A stretch of DNA of 58,487 bases, filler included, from Bipalium vagum (GCA_037834085.1; 3 parts of 3 records of this genome joined end to end with filler, not necessarily neighbours in it); one strand, 5' to 3'. Positions 25,390 to 39,559 are shown, counted from the first letter of the whole stretch. The notes: generated from the sequence alone by a model not told the origin. Translations and numbers: made by a program.

Positions 25390-25461
25390 TGGAGACACCA
25401 GGATTCGAACCCGGGACCTTTCACATGCGCATGGACTGCTCTACCGCTGAGCTAAGTCCCC
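25390..25461 (-). tRNA. tRNA-Ala(CGC)-like sequence, probably a pseudogene, copy 2
   Basis: GGGGACTTAGCTCAGCGGTAGAGCAGTCCATGCGCATGTGAAAGGTCCCGGGTTCGAATCCTGGTGTCTCCA: intact D and T arms, G3:U70 and discriminator A, but the anticodon stem does not pair and position 33 is G. Confidence 0.7.
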
Positions 25462-26654
25462 CGTTCATTTGTCATCTGAACTCCTTACAGATATTATTTG
25501 ATTATTGATTTTTATTATTCTTAATTTTTGATTTTGTAGAGTCATTGAAACATTTAATTGTGTTATTGTAGACAATTTTATTAATAATTCGATTTGATTA
25601 TTTGAGACATCGTGGTAATTACTTTGTTAATAAAGTGTTATTAGTAGTTGTTTTTATTCATTAAATTTGACAAAAGTGAAGGAGTCAGTAAATTTTACGA
25701 ATTAAGTGTTACGACAGGATTCATAGTAAAACAATAACATAGAAATATTAAAATGCATTTACTACGGAGACGCTTCTTTGCTTCGGTTGACTAGATAAAA
25801 AATGTCTGATAGAATTTTTCGCTTTCAAAGACAGCGAATTGTAAGCCAGGTGAATCAATCAGCTTGCGGAAATATGGCAGAAGACTATTGAGCCAATGGA
25901 CTATATTTTAAAGAATAAAACTTTGTTTTATATATTTTATGAAGTTTTTGGATTTACCTTAAATTAGTCTATAGATTTTCCGACCACTCTAGTATGTGTA
26001 TGAAAATATATATTTGGACCAGTTTTGACTTTATTTGGTTACTGAAATGAAACGTTTTATTAAGCGATATGTTGGATGCATAAGAAGGATCTTCATATTT
26101 TATTTCACTAGACTTAGGTAACGTAAATTAAGTTAAACAAAAATTGAAAGATAAAACTACAAAAGATAAACAGCAATCTTTTAAAAGTATGTCACTTGGC
26201 ATCAATAGCAGGATCAGAAAAATTTCAGGAAATCATAAAAAGAATTATGGACAAAACTTAAAAATGTGTGGTTTCGGATCTATTTGAGAAATATCATTTA
26301 TTGAAAGTCATATTTATTAGGTATATATTGAACAAGGATAGTATACAAGCAAACTAGTCAAAAAATAAAAGAAGATTAAGACCACCAAAGTGTGTTAAAA
26401 ATAGAAAAACCGTTTTTGATGTCTGATTACCATTGAAGACTGATGATTGATTATACAAAGAAAGGAAAACCATTGAACATATGTAAAATAAACAAAATAG
26501 CCTGTTCGATATCAGAAGTAAATAGAGCACTTAAACAAATAGGAAGCACTTAATTTGCTGATGGCTATAGTTTTCAGATATATTAGGTGTACAAGTTGAA
26601 AGTGACGTTTTCATAAATGATAATGTCATTTATTAAGATAAGATGTTTTAGTAA

Positions 26655-26754
26655 NNNNNNNNNNNNNNNNNNNNNNNNNNNNNNNNNNNNNNNNNNNNTT
26701 AATTAATTAANNNNNNNNNNNNNNNNNNNNNNNNNNNNNNNNNNNNNNNNNNNN
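26655..26754. other. Artificial assembly spacer N44-TTAATTAATTAA-N44
   Basis: Exactly 100 nt; the central 12-mer has stops in all six frames. Confidence 0.98.
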
Positions 26755-27999
26755 ATGTTTTGATTGAAGAAATTCTTTTCTGTCACTTCCTTTTCTAGTT
26801 TTGAAACTTCATTTTTCAATAATTGTCACTCAATATTAAAATTTTGACACGTCATTTTCAGTCTTCTTTCAATTTGTGTTAAATTTTTCCAATTTGAATT
26901 ATTGCAATGTATTGTAGTTCAATGAAAGTCGCAGAAGAAAAAAGAAAAATGACCATTAATTCTTTGCTGAATGGACATTCAAGGAAGCAAGTTGCTTCTA
27001 TGTTGGAATTAAAGCTAAAACATAAAAAAAGGACTAATTTCCAACAAAATTATAATTTTTTCAAAATATTCTATTATAAAACGCAAATATTTGGTGCACT
27101 AGTGATATTGTCAAATTTCGTTGATTTCTGTATTTAATCTATTTTGTATTTTTTGACTTAGTTTTCCAGTAAATTTTTTGAATATTTTTTCTCTAGACTT
27201 TTATGAAACAGTTATGCAGACGGTTCTTGTTAATATTGATATTTCTGAAAAAGAATTATCTCCGGACTTGTAAAAAATTCTTAGATAAAAAATAACCAAA
27301 CAAAAACTCCAAAACTAAGTCACAAGTATTGTTAGCATATGATTGCCATGGTAATTTGAAGAACGAACTGCAGAATTTTCCCTGCTAAAATTCAACAAGC
27401 ATCAGATTCTACAAAAGCACTGTGTGTTGCTGTTGATTGTTATCAATTTATGAAATACATTTTCACAAATAAAATCAAAAATAAATTCATAATTTTATTA
27501 AAATAGTCACTTCAATGGTAATAATTAGTCGATATAAGAAATATTGGAGCATTTCGAATTTTTTTGGTAAAGTACTGCGATATTTCTCATTTCATTCATA
27601 AACATGTATACATTTTTCTATTTCTCCGGAAACGTTGTTATTGCAAGATATTAACCATGAAAATAACATTACCATTCAAATTGATTTTATTATATTTTTT
27701 CATTTGAGGTGGTTTGTTTTATTAATTTTTGATTTAAAACAACGTTATAAATTTGAGATGGGAAATTATTATTATTATTATTATTATTATTACAACTATT
27801 ATAAAAAATATTATTATTGTCATTTTTTATAGATTTAATAATTTTATATTTAATGTAATCATAATCAAATTAATATTAATATTAGAATATATTTTATAAA
27901 ACCTTTTAAGTAGGTTTTTTAATCTATAGATAAATAATAAATATTGTTTATAAATGATTTTAACTAATATTATAATAATGAATTTTAGCACCATGATAC

Positions 28000-28938
28000 T
28001 ATAAATGAGTTAACAGAACCACGTTGGTACCAGAAGTTGTGTAATCGAGATTTTTCCCCTGAAGATGCGGAACGAATTGACCGTGCTTCCAAACTTGATG
28101 ACAAAGATTTAAAGGTTCTAGTGGAAGAGGATAAGTAAACAACAATAAGAAAACTTACCAAAAATCTAGATGTCAGTATTGAAACCATTTCTAGTCATAT
28201 GAAGCAAATAGGTAATATAAAGAAGCTGAACACTTGGGTACCACATGAGCTAACCATAAAAAACAAAATGAGGTATACTCAGAACTCATTTTGAGAATGA
28301 AAAACAAGTCATTTTTACATCGTATGATTACATGTGATGAAAGATGGTTGCTATATAATAATATTAAATGTTCAGCACAGTGGTTAGATATATGTGAATA
28401 TCCCAAGTCCTTCCAAAAACCTAGGTAACACTATAAAAGATAATGGTTGCGGTATGGTGGTGTTCAAGAAGACTGATTCATTACGATTGCTTGGAAAAGG
28501 AAGAAATAACAGGAGTAGAGAATATACCAAACATTGATCAATAGAAAAGGCTCAATTCTATTGCATGACAATGTTCGTCCGCACATAGAGAACCAAATCC
28601 TTGGTAAGCTGAAAAGCCTAAATTATTAAATTCTGCCACATTTATCGTAATAGATTTCTCATCAACTGAATTGAAACGCCAATTTATTCAAACATTTACA
28701 AAATTATTTGAATAGAGAAAGATTTTAGAATGAAGAGGTGCTAAAAGAGAAATCTGAACAGTGCACTGCCTCCAGATCTACCGAAATCTATAGCATATGA
28801 ATGGAAAATCAAGCAATTCATTGACAAGTGTTTAAACGCATAGTTTTTATGTTAATCAATAAAAATCTTGTTTCTGCTGACTTATACTGTTTTAAAATGA
28901 ATACATAAAAAATGTGCAAACCTTTCTGAACAACCTAA
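28000..28938 (+). mobile_element. Mariner relic, 5'-truncated
   Basis: WVPHEL, ITCDERW, LLHDNVRPH; 3' TIR ending CTGAACAACCTAA followed by TA. Confidence 0.9.
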
Positions 28939-29989
28939 TATTTTTTAAAAACCTTAATAATTAATAAAAAATTATTTTCATTTTATTACACCACTGTATA
29001 ATTTTATTTTATTATTATTTAAAAATAAAAATTTATAAATAATTGAAATAGCCTTAAATCAAATTGAAAAAAAATAATAAAAAATTTACGAGAGAATATC
29101 ATATTTGAGAATTTGATAATATCTATTGCCTTAAAGAAAATTTATTAAAAATAATTTAGAAATTAACATTATAGAAATAATAAAGAACTTGCTTTATTTG
29201 ATCTCGGAATGTTGATTATTGAAAGAATATTTTCTCTCTAAATTAAGGAAATTAATATTATTTAATATTAACTTTGTTTTGTTTTTAAACGATTTATCTA
29301 ATATATAATAAGAGCACGTTCTAATAATTTTTTACAATTAAATTTGTAAGAATCTTTTTAGTCTCCGCTATGGAAGACTGTTATTAAAAAAATATTGTAG
29401 AAAAATAAGAAATTGACATGCCTTAATTAAAAAAGAAAATATTGATTTTCCAAGTAATTTAAAAGTGCATTTGCTTTAATTAATTTTTTTGGTTTTTTTA
29501 ATGTAAATATAAATTCAATGGAGTTTTCAATACTCCTTATAATTATCTCCTCTTAAACCAATTAGAAATAAAAATAAATACTTTTTTATTGTAATGTATC
29601 ATTTTTGTATTAATTAATTAATTAAATGAATAAAATTATTAATTTTTCATAAACTTTCAGTTAATTTTTCAGAAAAAGGAATAATAAATTAATATTAGAG
29701 TAGTAATAATTGTAAGTAACCAAAAATGATAAATTAATTAACCTAATCGTGGTTTACATTAAATAATAATATTAATGATAGGAAATTGATTTAAAATTGA
29801 CATTGTAAAAAATCTATTTTAAAAATTAGTAAATCGATAAAATTGAAAAACATAAGAATCAAAACGAATTTTGAAATATTAAAGTTTTGACTTAAATATT
29901 TAAAGGGTATTGTAACAGTATCAATGTCAATATCAAAAATAAAACCAATCAAAATTAATCAATGTTAGTAATTAATTAAAATAAATGAT

Positions 29990-30728
29990 TCTAGATGAAA
30001 AAAAATCGACAGGTTGCAACAGCTCGTAATATATCATATCCTATCAGATACAGGGGGTGGTTTTTATGACCGACTTTGATGGTTCTCCAGGATTTATCCA
30101 TGTCTTTGTGCGCTTCGATTTTTTTTCTCGCTCCCGTAAAATTTTTCCACAAAAACATATTTTTAATGTGTCTATTGAGAAGTGAAAGACAAGATGCCAA
30201 ACGTTGATTTTCGTTGGATTGGCTAAAATTATGTGAGATCCATTTTCCGTCTTGTCGGACCTTGCTCATCTTATATATGTGATTGGAAACAGTTTGCTGA
30301 GAAACTCCTAACTTCTTTGCAAATTCCATCTGTGCCTGTGCTGCATATCGAACCAGATCGCACCAGATCTTCATTGGTGCTAGTTCTAGGAGCACCAGGG
30401 CGAGGTCTGTCAATGAAACTAAAATCACTTTCTTTGAAGCGTTTGAAACAAAAAGCTCACACATTATTAATTGTTACTTTTTTGACAACTACAGAACAAA
30501 CTGATACTTATGCTCTTGTTACATTTTTGCATTGTTGATATTCATATAAGAAGTAATACCATTGTACGTCTTTTCTGCGGGAAAAAAATGTTTAAGTTTT
30601 TGCTTTATTATTTTTAAAGGTATTTGCCATTTGAATATTTGATCTAAAAATGAATTTAAATTGGTTTGTTTAAACAATTAAAATATACATAATAATAAAA
30701 TTTTTGATTATTTCTTATGAAACCTACT
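29990..30728 (-). mobile_element. Mariner relic, 5' half
   Basis: FAKKLGVSQQTVSNH and GKWISHN in ORF 29991-30464, frameshifted. Confidence 0.8.
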
Positions 30729-31039
30729 ATAAATTTTGTTTAACTATCTTCAATATTTATAATAGTCTAAGTGCTTTTCAGCCTTATCAAGTTCTTTCAA
30801 GAGATTTATATTATTTTACAGCTCTACCTCAATTTTTAATTAAGCAATTAAACAGGAAGAAAAAAGCCTTTTAGGGTTTTCTAACTTGAAATATTTTTAA
30901 AAACCACAATCTCTGCATTGTAAAATATCTTGAGAAAAATATTAAACCTAGCAGAATTTTTCTTGAATATTAAAAATTTTAAATTAATTATTTAATCTTA
31001 GATAAAATAATTAAAATAAAAAATTGATAAATTTCATAG

Positions 31040-34000
31040 ATTTCTTTATGAAATTACCGGACAAGGAACTTTGACCCTCATCAATGTCACTCTATCATAC
31101 AGTGGATTTTACACATGTCAGGCCTCAATAAAAGGAGACAGTAGTGTTGTCCTCAGACAGTCTTTCAAGCTTTTTGTCAGGCCAATTTTGAGATTCCTGG
31201 ACAAGCCTTCTCCAGTTGTTTTTGGTGAAAAAAATGTACGTGAAGATACATTGTTTCATTCATTTCATAAAAAATTGAATTAGAAAAATTGCGTTCTTTA
31301 TTAAATTAAAATTATCAAAAATAAACGAAAATATAATTATTTATTTGAGCAATTAATTTTCAGATAATGAAGACAGAGTTTTTTGTGTTGGTATTCTGAA
31401 TAAATATTAATATCGTGAACCCCACTGTAATATAAAATATTCCATTTTTATTAAAAAATATTTGAATTATTATAAGAAACATTAATTTTAGACAGAAGGA
31501 ATAGTGCGAAATAAATTATTTGGACCACTTTAAAACTAATTAATTTTTTTAGATATATCTCTTATTTCTTATCAAATTATATTTAATTGATATTTCGAAA
31601 TTATTATGCAAAATGACCAAAATTTCAATAAAACTTGATAAATGTTAATATTCCATCAATGATTGTCAAAAATATTAATATTATTGAATTATCATTATGA
31701 TTATATTATCATTAATAATAATATAATTCTTACGATTATCATAATAATTATTAAAGGCGATTTTTTATTTTTATTGTATTAGTAAAAAAAATTTGTCAAC
31801 CATAAATATTTTAAATGAATATAATTTTTAAAATTAAAAAAATATCAAGAAAACTGGAAGTATTTATTCTTTATTATATTTATTTTTAAATTGTTGAAAA
31901 AAAAATTGTTAAGAAAACCTGTACTCAATTTGAACCAGCTCTTTGATCATTTGTTAACTGTATTACTTTTCACATTCAATTAAAATTAATAAATAAATAA
32001 AATCATGGAAAAAAAATATATAAATATTTGAATTTGAAAAATATTTCTTTGAAAATTTTATTTAGCACTTTTTTTTGACAACATAAATTTAATAGATGAA
32101 TGTTCCCAATTATTATAGAAATTCTAATCAAAACATTTTTGTTCATTTCAAGTCAGATTTTTATTCATGTCTTCTCCATAATTTAATCTGTAACCTATTA
32201 AAGTACATTTTCTTATATTATCTTACAATTTAAAATTTCTTATATTATACCGAAGTAAAAAGTTGTCTTGCTTTAATACCAATACTGATTAGTTTAGGAA
32301 GGTTGAGATTCATTGGGAAAATTTGTTGAATATCCTAAATGAGGGAGTAGAATATTTTCCTACTTAAACCGATATAGTCGGTTTCTCTGAATTGTGGCTA
32401 ATTTGACTCTACTTTATAATGATCTCTCAAAACTGAGGAAGGAATTTTAAATTTTTATAACTATTAATTGTGAAACTTTCACATTTCGAAGGATGTTTAT
32501 TATTATTGATTTTAATAAGTAATATTTTGACGACCATTAATTGCGAAGCTGTGAAAATTTGAAGGTTATTGATTGTGACCCAATAATAATTTATGATTGT
32601 ATTTGTTGATGTTTGTTAGCTAATGGAAGACCTAAAGAATTCTGGAGCCTGTGTCAAAATTAGCTAAAAGTAATTGGCATGTTTTGCTTAAAAGTAATTA
32701 TAAATAAATAATATAAAAAAATCGATTCTCAATATTTTTTGTATTCTTCTTATTTTATTCTTCTTGTTCATCATGGTGATCGAGAGATGTTGACTTTGTG
32801 AAATCATCGAAATATTTTGATATGTTGTGATGTATGTTGAGATATTAATGAAGGTACTGCGACTGTTACCATATTGTATCAGGTTGTGCAAAACGTAATG
32901 TCGGTTTTACGACACAAACTTAGAACAGAAAAAATTAGGTCATACAATAAAATTTATTCATTAAAATAGTCATTATCTGCTTCTATAACCTTGAGGCAAC
33001 GTTCCACTAGAAATTCAATTCCTGATTTGTAAATTTTCTGATTTTTGGAACTAATGAATTCGCAAAAGGCATTTTCCAACTCGACATGGTTTTAAAAAGA
33101 CTTGCCTGCATGAAATTTTGACAAAACCCTGAATAAATGAAAATTTGTAAGGGCAATGTCTGGTGAATAAGTAGGATGGGGAAGAGTTTCGTAGCCTAAG
33201 TATTTCAATTTTTGTAAAATTAATTTTGACATGTGAGGTCTTGCATTATCTTGCAGGAGATTTGGAAGTTGTCTGTTGACCAATGATGGTTGCTGAATTT
33301 TAAGGTTTTTCATGAACTAGACTACTTAATTCTCAATTGACTCATGAAAAGATCAAGATACCTGAATGGAAGTCTTACCATATCCAACATATTCTTCTGA
33401 TATCCATCGGATTATTAATTATACTCATCGTTAAAAGTCTTAGTCAGGGAGAATTTATTAATCAACAATCCACATTTTCACAAGATTTTTCACAACCATT
33501 ACTATTAACATGTGTGAAATCCTTTTTTTGATGCAAATTCATTGATATTTTTTAGCATCGATCCAATTAAACACGAACATTCCTCATGAGTTAGTTCATT
33601 CTATTGTTCATAGAGGCGCTGATGAAGTTGCAGTAGAGTTGCTGGTTAATAGTCATATGTTGTAGACACTGGGTCTTCCCAGGATGTCCCATAAATGTTT
33701 TATTGGATTCCAATTTGGAGATCTTGGCTGCCAAGGAAGCATTACAATACCGGCTTTTTCCAGAGAGATTTTCGAGATAATTGCAATATATGGCCTTGCA
33801 TTATCATATCATAAATATCAGGCCTGAGTTTTTGTGCAACAAGGATAAAATCTCAACATCTAATATCCGTTTAACGTATCGCTGAGCATTCAGAACGCCA
33901 TTAATAAAAATCAATATAGATCGGAAACCATAATCGATAGCGTCCTATACTATAACAGTGCCTACACCATAGGGTTCATGCTGTGTAATGCACTTTTTAT

Positions 34001-37000
34001 TAAACCATTCAAAAATCTGGCGATGCACTCGAACTTTTCCATCATGAAAATCTAGGTTAAAGCATGACTTATCCGAAAATACAATATCCATCCAATACGC
34101 CATTCCTTCATTTATATATTCTTTGGATCATTGTAACCGACAACCTCTGTGGGATGGTGACAGAGGAATTTTCAACAATGGCCGTTTTGATTGGAAGTCA
34201 AATTGTAGAGCACGTCTGTTAAATGTTTTTGCAGATCATGGAGCTGGAAACTTCTCTGCTACAAAATTTTTTTTATTAACTTATATTATTTGTATGGGAA
34301 AAACGATTGTTCTGACTAACATGCAATCATCTCTATTGCTTTTTAATCGCGGTCTACCTGATCTGAGAAGTTTTCCATATGCATTTGTCTCTTTCAATTT
34401 CTTCCAAATACACTGGACACTTGTTGTGCTACCTAAACCTGCGAAAACCCAGCTTCTAATAAAACAAAAATACAACCTCTCTCAAATTGACATGTTTCAT
34501 GTCTGGCACTCATTGTAAATTTTTAAATTAATTATAATGATGAATTAAAAGACGAAATATTTCATATAAATTAGTTAATTATTCTAAAATAAATTACTTT
34601 TAATTCATATGCTTAACAAAAATTATATGAACTTAATACGTTTTCTTTAATAAATTTAACCTGTCTCAGACTTTTGACGATGAGTATATTTTTGATCTCT
34701 TCAAAATGATTTGAATGGATATGATTTTCAAAATGAAAACTTCATCAAAGAATCCATCTTGGCCTTTTTCGACTCAAAGAAACCTAATTTTTATCACATA
34801 GATATCGAAGCACTGTCACAGAGATGGTCAAAATTTGTTCAGTTCGATAGAGAAAAATATCATTGATTGACATTCAAAAAAATTTACTATGTTGATTTAT
34901 ATTCTGTGTTGATGTACGTAATGTGAAATTACTAATTTCTTGAACCAATATTAACAGAAAATTGAAATGTATTAGTTTAAGGAGAGAACGATTTAGCATA
35001 AATGACAATTGGTTTATTTTAAGAATATTTTAATTATTTTATTGTATGAAATTTATATTCTTTCTTTCAATCATTTAGTTTTAATTAGAATTTGTATTGC
35101 ATTACTTCCTTGAGATGGAAAGAGCATTGTTTATTACTTTTAATAAATAATGGATAAATGTAGGCTTTTATATTGCACACAATACAAAATCTTAAATAAT
35201 TAAAAATTTTATTTAACTGTTTAAAGATATTTCATAATCCAAAATATTATTATATGGTCTAATGTCAATGAAAAGTTCATTATGAAATTGTATTCATTTT
35301 ACAATTTCTTATTTTATTTTTCAAACAAAATCTTTTTACATTGTCATATTAATAATTCAATTTTTTTTCCGTTGGCAATATTGGCAATTAACATTTTTTC
35401 AGATTCTCTCTTGTTCAGGAAAATATTGAGGAATGGTTCTAAAATGTAAAGAATATTTTATTTATCTTACTTTTGTAAACAAAAATAAAAAAGGTCTTTA
35501 TAACAAAATTTATTTTAACCATTTTTAAATGAGACATCACAAGTGAAGAAATAAAGTATATTAGATAAAGATTTAATATTATTATTAAAAACAGGTGAAA
35601 AACAATGATTTTTTTTAAACTTTTGGTGCTAACATATATTCGAAGTGTTCTGCATTATATTTCGTGCAAAATAAACGACAAGAAAAGTAATTTCTCTTAC
35701 TCTTCTGAACGCATTCGTTTATTTCATTGCAAGCAAGCAAAAAATTGGAATGTTAAATTGCTAAACCTCAAGTGAAGTTTTACCATCTTGCTGAAAATAC
35801 AAATGCTTTAACAATCTATATTTTTAAGACTGGATACAAAATAATTATGGTATAATAATAAACTAATAGTTTTATTTGTTATTATAATTAGTTTGTAAAA
35901 AAATATTATTTAATATTAAAAATAAAATATAGCATATATATGTATTAGGTCAGTTATCACTTTATTAATAGTTATTTTTTAGGAATTTTCCCTTTTTCAT
36001 AATACAAGATTAAACATGCCTACAAATACTTTAATGCTATCACAAACACAAATTATATATAAATTACTATTTGTATTGAAGTCTGTGACATTCTTTATAT
36101 CTAACTCCGTAATTATTCTTAATAGTCAAAGGAATATGTTTATTTTAGGGTTAGCTCTTTAAAATAAAAATTAAATTGTATAAGTAATTATCATACATCA
36201 TTTAATTATATCAAAAACCTTTTAGCAAGAATTTCTTCTCCGCTGTCGTGTAAACGATATAGATTCTCAAAACAAGATTGTTTGGAGAAAGAACGGCGAA
36301 ATAATATTGGGAAATAATTTTTTTAAACAAAACGATGGTTTCTTGCGCATATCGAAACTCTTGGACAGTGATGAAGGAATTTTTCAGTGCCTGGTAGATA
36401 ATGAGTAAGATATTTATATTAGCACTTCTTAATGAAACAAACGTTTATGATGAAAAAAATTAAAAAGTTACTTTTTCTATTATCATTAATATTATTACTG
36501 TTTTTATTTTATTACTTATTATTTTTTGTTTATAATTTTTGTTTGTCTATTATTTCTATAAATAATCTCATTTTTTTATTTTTATTATAATATTAATATT
36601 TTTGAATAAAAATGTTTTCAAATAAGTAAAATTAATTGGAAAATGTTTGGAAAATATTACCTATTGTTTTTTAATTAAATATTTAAATAAATAAAAATGC
36701 TTATTATTAAAAGTGAAATTAAAGTATTAATATTATAATTATTATTGTTATTGTTACTATTATTATTATAAAGTTAAATAGACAATGAGAATTGTTAATT
36801 TATAATTATAACTTTATTATAATAATATAAAAATTTTTATGTAATTTTGTGTAAAATTTTTTGTAATTTGAATAATGTTATTTTATTAAAATAATTATAA
36901 ATTTCTAAATTTCAGGTAAAATTATTAAATTTTTTATTTTAAATATTTAATTTTAATTATCTAAATAATTATAACTTTATAATTAAATTATGTCAATAAT

Positions 37001-39422
37001 TTTTAAGATAAATAAAGAATTGAGAAATTGTAGGTTTAATAATTAAATTTTTTAAAAATTTCGAATTGTGGAAAAAATTAAACAGGATTTGTGCATTTTA
37101 AACATATTGATGTTAATTATTACTATTATAATAATTAATAATAATTATTATTATTTATTTTTGGTGTATTATGTTTTGTTCATTTATTTCATTTCAGTGA
37201 AAATCTTTAAGTTAAAAATTCTACTCTTATAAAAAAGAAATATCTTAACTAAAAATAATTAAGTAAGATAAACATAAAAATAAAGGTTAATAAAATTATT
37301 GTTATTTACATGACTTTTATTTTTAAAAAGTCGTGGGGAGAAATATTGTAATAAGCATGGATGGTTTCCTAGGTTATGCATATTAGATGAAAATATAAAC
37401 GATTTGATTGGTCTATTTTCAGTGGCATGACCATATATTTTAAGAGAAAAATTAAAATTAGACCTTGATTGGAATTCGTTTTCGAATGCAATTTTCCTCA
37501 TAAAGATGAGATGTGCAAATAATTCAAGAAGTTGACACCAAACAGATACAAATATAAGATGTTTATAATATTATTATTGTTAATTGATTTTAATAATATA
37601 ATTGCTTTGGTGATAGTCAATCATTGAAGCAAATTTACACAAATGCAGTTCATGTTAATGAAACATTTCATATATATGCAAAAATAATACAATTTGTTTA
37701 AAGGTTCATATTAATATCATCATAAGCGATACTATTCTGTAAATAATACTAAAAATGATAGTGATATTGGTTCAGATTTACATTTGAGACTTTGTGACTT
37801 AGGTTTTGCAAGAGTCGGAAATGAATATATCAACTTTTATTTAGATTTTCATCAATTCAAGCAACAACTCAGTTGAAAATAAGAAAGAATACAATCTTTC
37901 CAGGTTAATACATCACACTAAGAACTATAGAGATCGTAATAAATAGATTTTAGATCGTCGCCCCTTATTAGTGAAGAAATTAAGAGTGAAAGCAGTGTCT
38001 TTTGGAACATTGAATATCAGTTGGAGTCATGCAATTCCGGGCTTTGAAACAATTCTTCATTACGAGTTCGTCAATTTTCGCTTTTCTCTCTTGTCAATAT
38101 TTATTGTGAAATGTGAAGAAAATCTATTTTCTTTCAGAATTGTTCTTTTCGATTTATCAAATTTAACTCAAACAAATCAGAAAATCATACTCAAGGCCGA
38201 CAGGTTGGAGTCTTCGATATTGGCGCAAAATTTAGTACCGGATTCTTTCTACAAAATATTTGTTTACTCAGTTAATGGGAGTGGGAAGAGCTATCCGGCA
38301 ATTATTAATTCCTCTCCGCGAGTATTGTCCAGGGCTCCTTCAGCACCTCCGACAAATGTAAGTTTCGTTATTTATCAACAAATAGGTTAAATCTTTCCAA
38401 AATAAATTCTATCCTCTTCACATGTAACTTTCAATTCCAACATTCCACAAATCCGATATATCTGTTCTTTATAAAAAGCTTCTTTTCCAGGTTTGATAAA
38501 CTGGCCCGACTAGGCTTGCCTTTTCACGCAACGTTGATTTTTGCTTTTCAATGTTAATTTGACAAAATTGATTTCATCTACATATATTAAAGTATTATTT
38601 CATTAATATGGGGTGAATATTTGTGTCCATGGAAAAGTAAATTACGATTTTTTTATAATAATCAAGGTCAAAAATCGTTTAAAAAAAAAGATTGTACATT
38701 GATAATAAAAAGCGAGTGATTCAAATAGAGATTGCCAGCTCTTGTTCAGTGATCCGCAAATGTCAAGGTAGATAGAATTGAGAAAATCGTACTTTTACCA
38801 ATTAATCTTAATTTGGTTACCCTTTAACGAACGAATAAATCGATATATAAAAATATCGATTTCAGCTAACTCAAAAACATACCCGCCTCCTTTCAATTCT
38901 ATTATTTTATATACTATCATTATTCTTTCCTTTAAATGATTTATGGCAATGTTAAAGGTCCATATTTCTGGCATTGGTAGCACTGTAGCGAATATCAGTT
39001 GGCGCCCGCCTAAAGCATCAGAAATGAACGGAGAACTTATTGGATATCGATTGACTGTGAGCAGCGGTGATTTCATATATTCGAAAAGCTTCGACCTCTC
39101 CATTGTAGAAAAACTACAATTATCTGGTATGATGGTTTGCTTGTGTATTAGCAAATATTAACATTTTGACATCTGATTGTGATTTATAGATCTTGCTCCA
39201 GACACAAAATACACTGTTTACATTCAAGCATTGACTAGAGGTGGTCGCGGACCACTGTCACCAGCTGTCCATTTCGAAACGAAAGACAGGCCAAATGAGA
39301 ACGACGATTTATATAATCGCATGCAAAGGAAAACCTTGAAAGATATGAAAACAAAATTATACTTTCCATCGGGTTCAGAGGAATCAAAGCAATATAGTCA
39401 ACATGTGGACACCCCAAGCCAG
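31040..39422 (+). CDS. Ig-domain/fibronectin type III cell-surface protein, DCC/neogenin/protogenin-like (partial, internal exons)
   Basis: Phase-consistent exons 31040-31235, 36226-36404, 37845-37903, 37954-38065, 38138-38357, 38958-39126, 39190-39422. Two Ig segments (GTLTLINVTLSYSGFYTCQA; C...WRKNGE...LRISKLLDSDEGIFQCLVDN) then two FN3 domains (LNISW...NLVPDSFYKIFVYSVN; APSAPPTNV...ISWRPP...NGELIGY...DLAPDTKYTVYIQALTRGGRGPLS). Start, TM segment and stop not found. Confidence 0.85.
32879..33320 (-). mobile_element. Mariner 3' part (cecropia/Hsmar1-like TIR)
   Basis: TIR TCAGGTTGTGCAAAACGTAATGTCGGTTT; LLQDNARPH and LPHPTYSPDIALTNFHLF. Confidence 0.88.
33335..34950 (+). mobile_element. Mariner 3' relic split by the nested Tc1 insertion
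   Basis: LPYPTYSSDI.PSDY*L ends at 33421 and resumes at 34689 as F*SLQNDLNG...IEALSQRWSKFV. Confidence 0.75.
33422..34686 (-). mobile_element. Tc1-like (DD34E) transposon, both ends present, decayed
   Basis: 27-bp TIRs TACTCATCGTTAAAAGTCTTAGTCAGG / TACTCATCGTCAAAAGTCTGAGACAGG with TA TSD; RSGRPR, FSDKSCFNL, DNARP and LPWQPRSPNWNPIKHLW. Confidence 0.9.
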
Positions 39423-39559
39423 GTTAATACGATAGATATTCTTATATCATCACATATGAGCCACTATTTATTTAAGACGTTTGATATTTTTAAAATCAGA
39501 ACTCATCGAAAATGACAAATGTTTTAATTTAAAATCAAAAAACAAAGAAGTATACATTT

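Noticed and set aside
26120-26580. Possible gypsy RT/RNase H relic
   Set aside because: Motifs too decayed to support by eye.
26699-26710. TTAATTAATTAA as a biological motif
   Set aside because: Centred in N44 runs and repeated identically at 42716; it is a synthetic linker.
38795-39154. Minus-strand 119-aa ORF
   Set aside because: Antisense to an FN3 exon.
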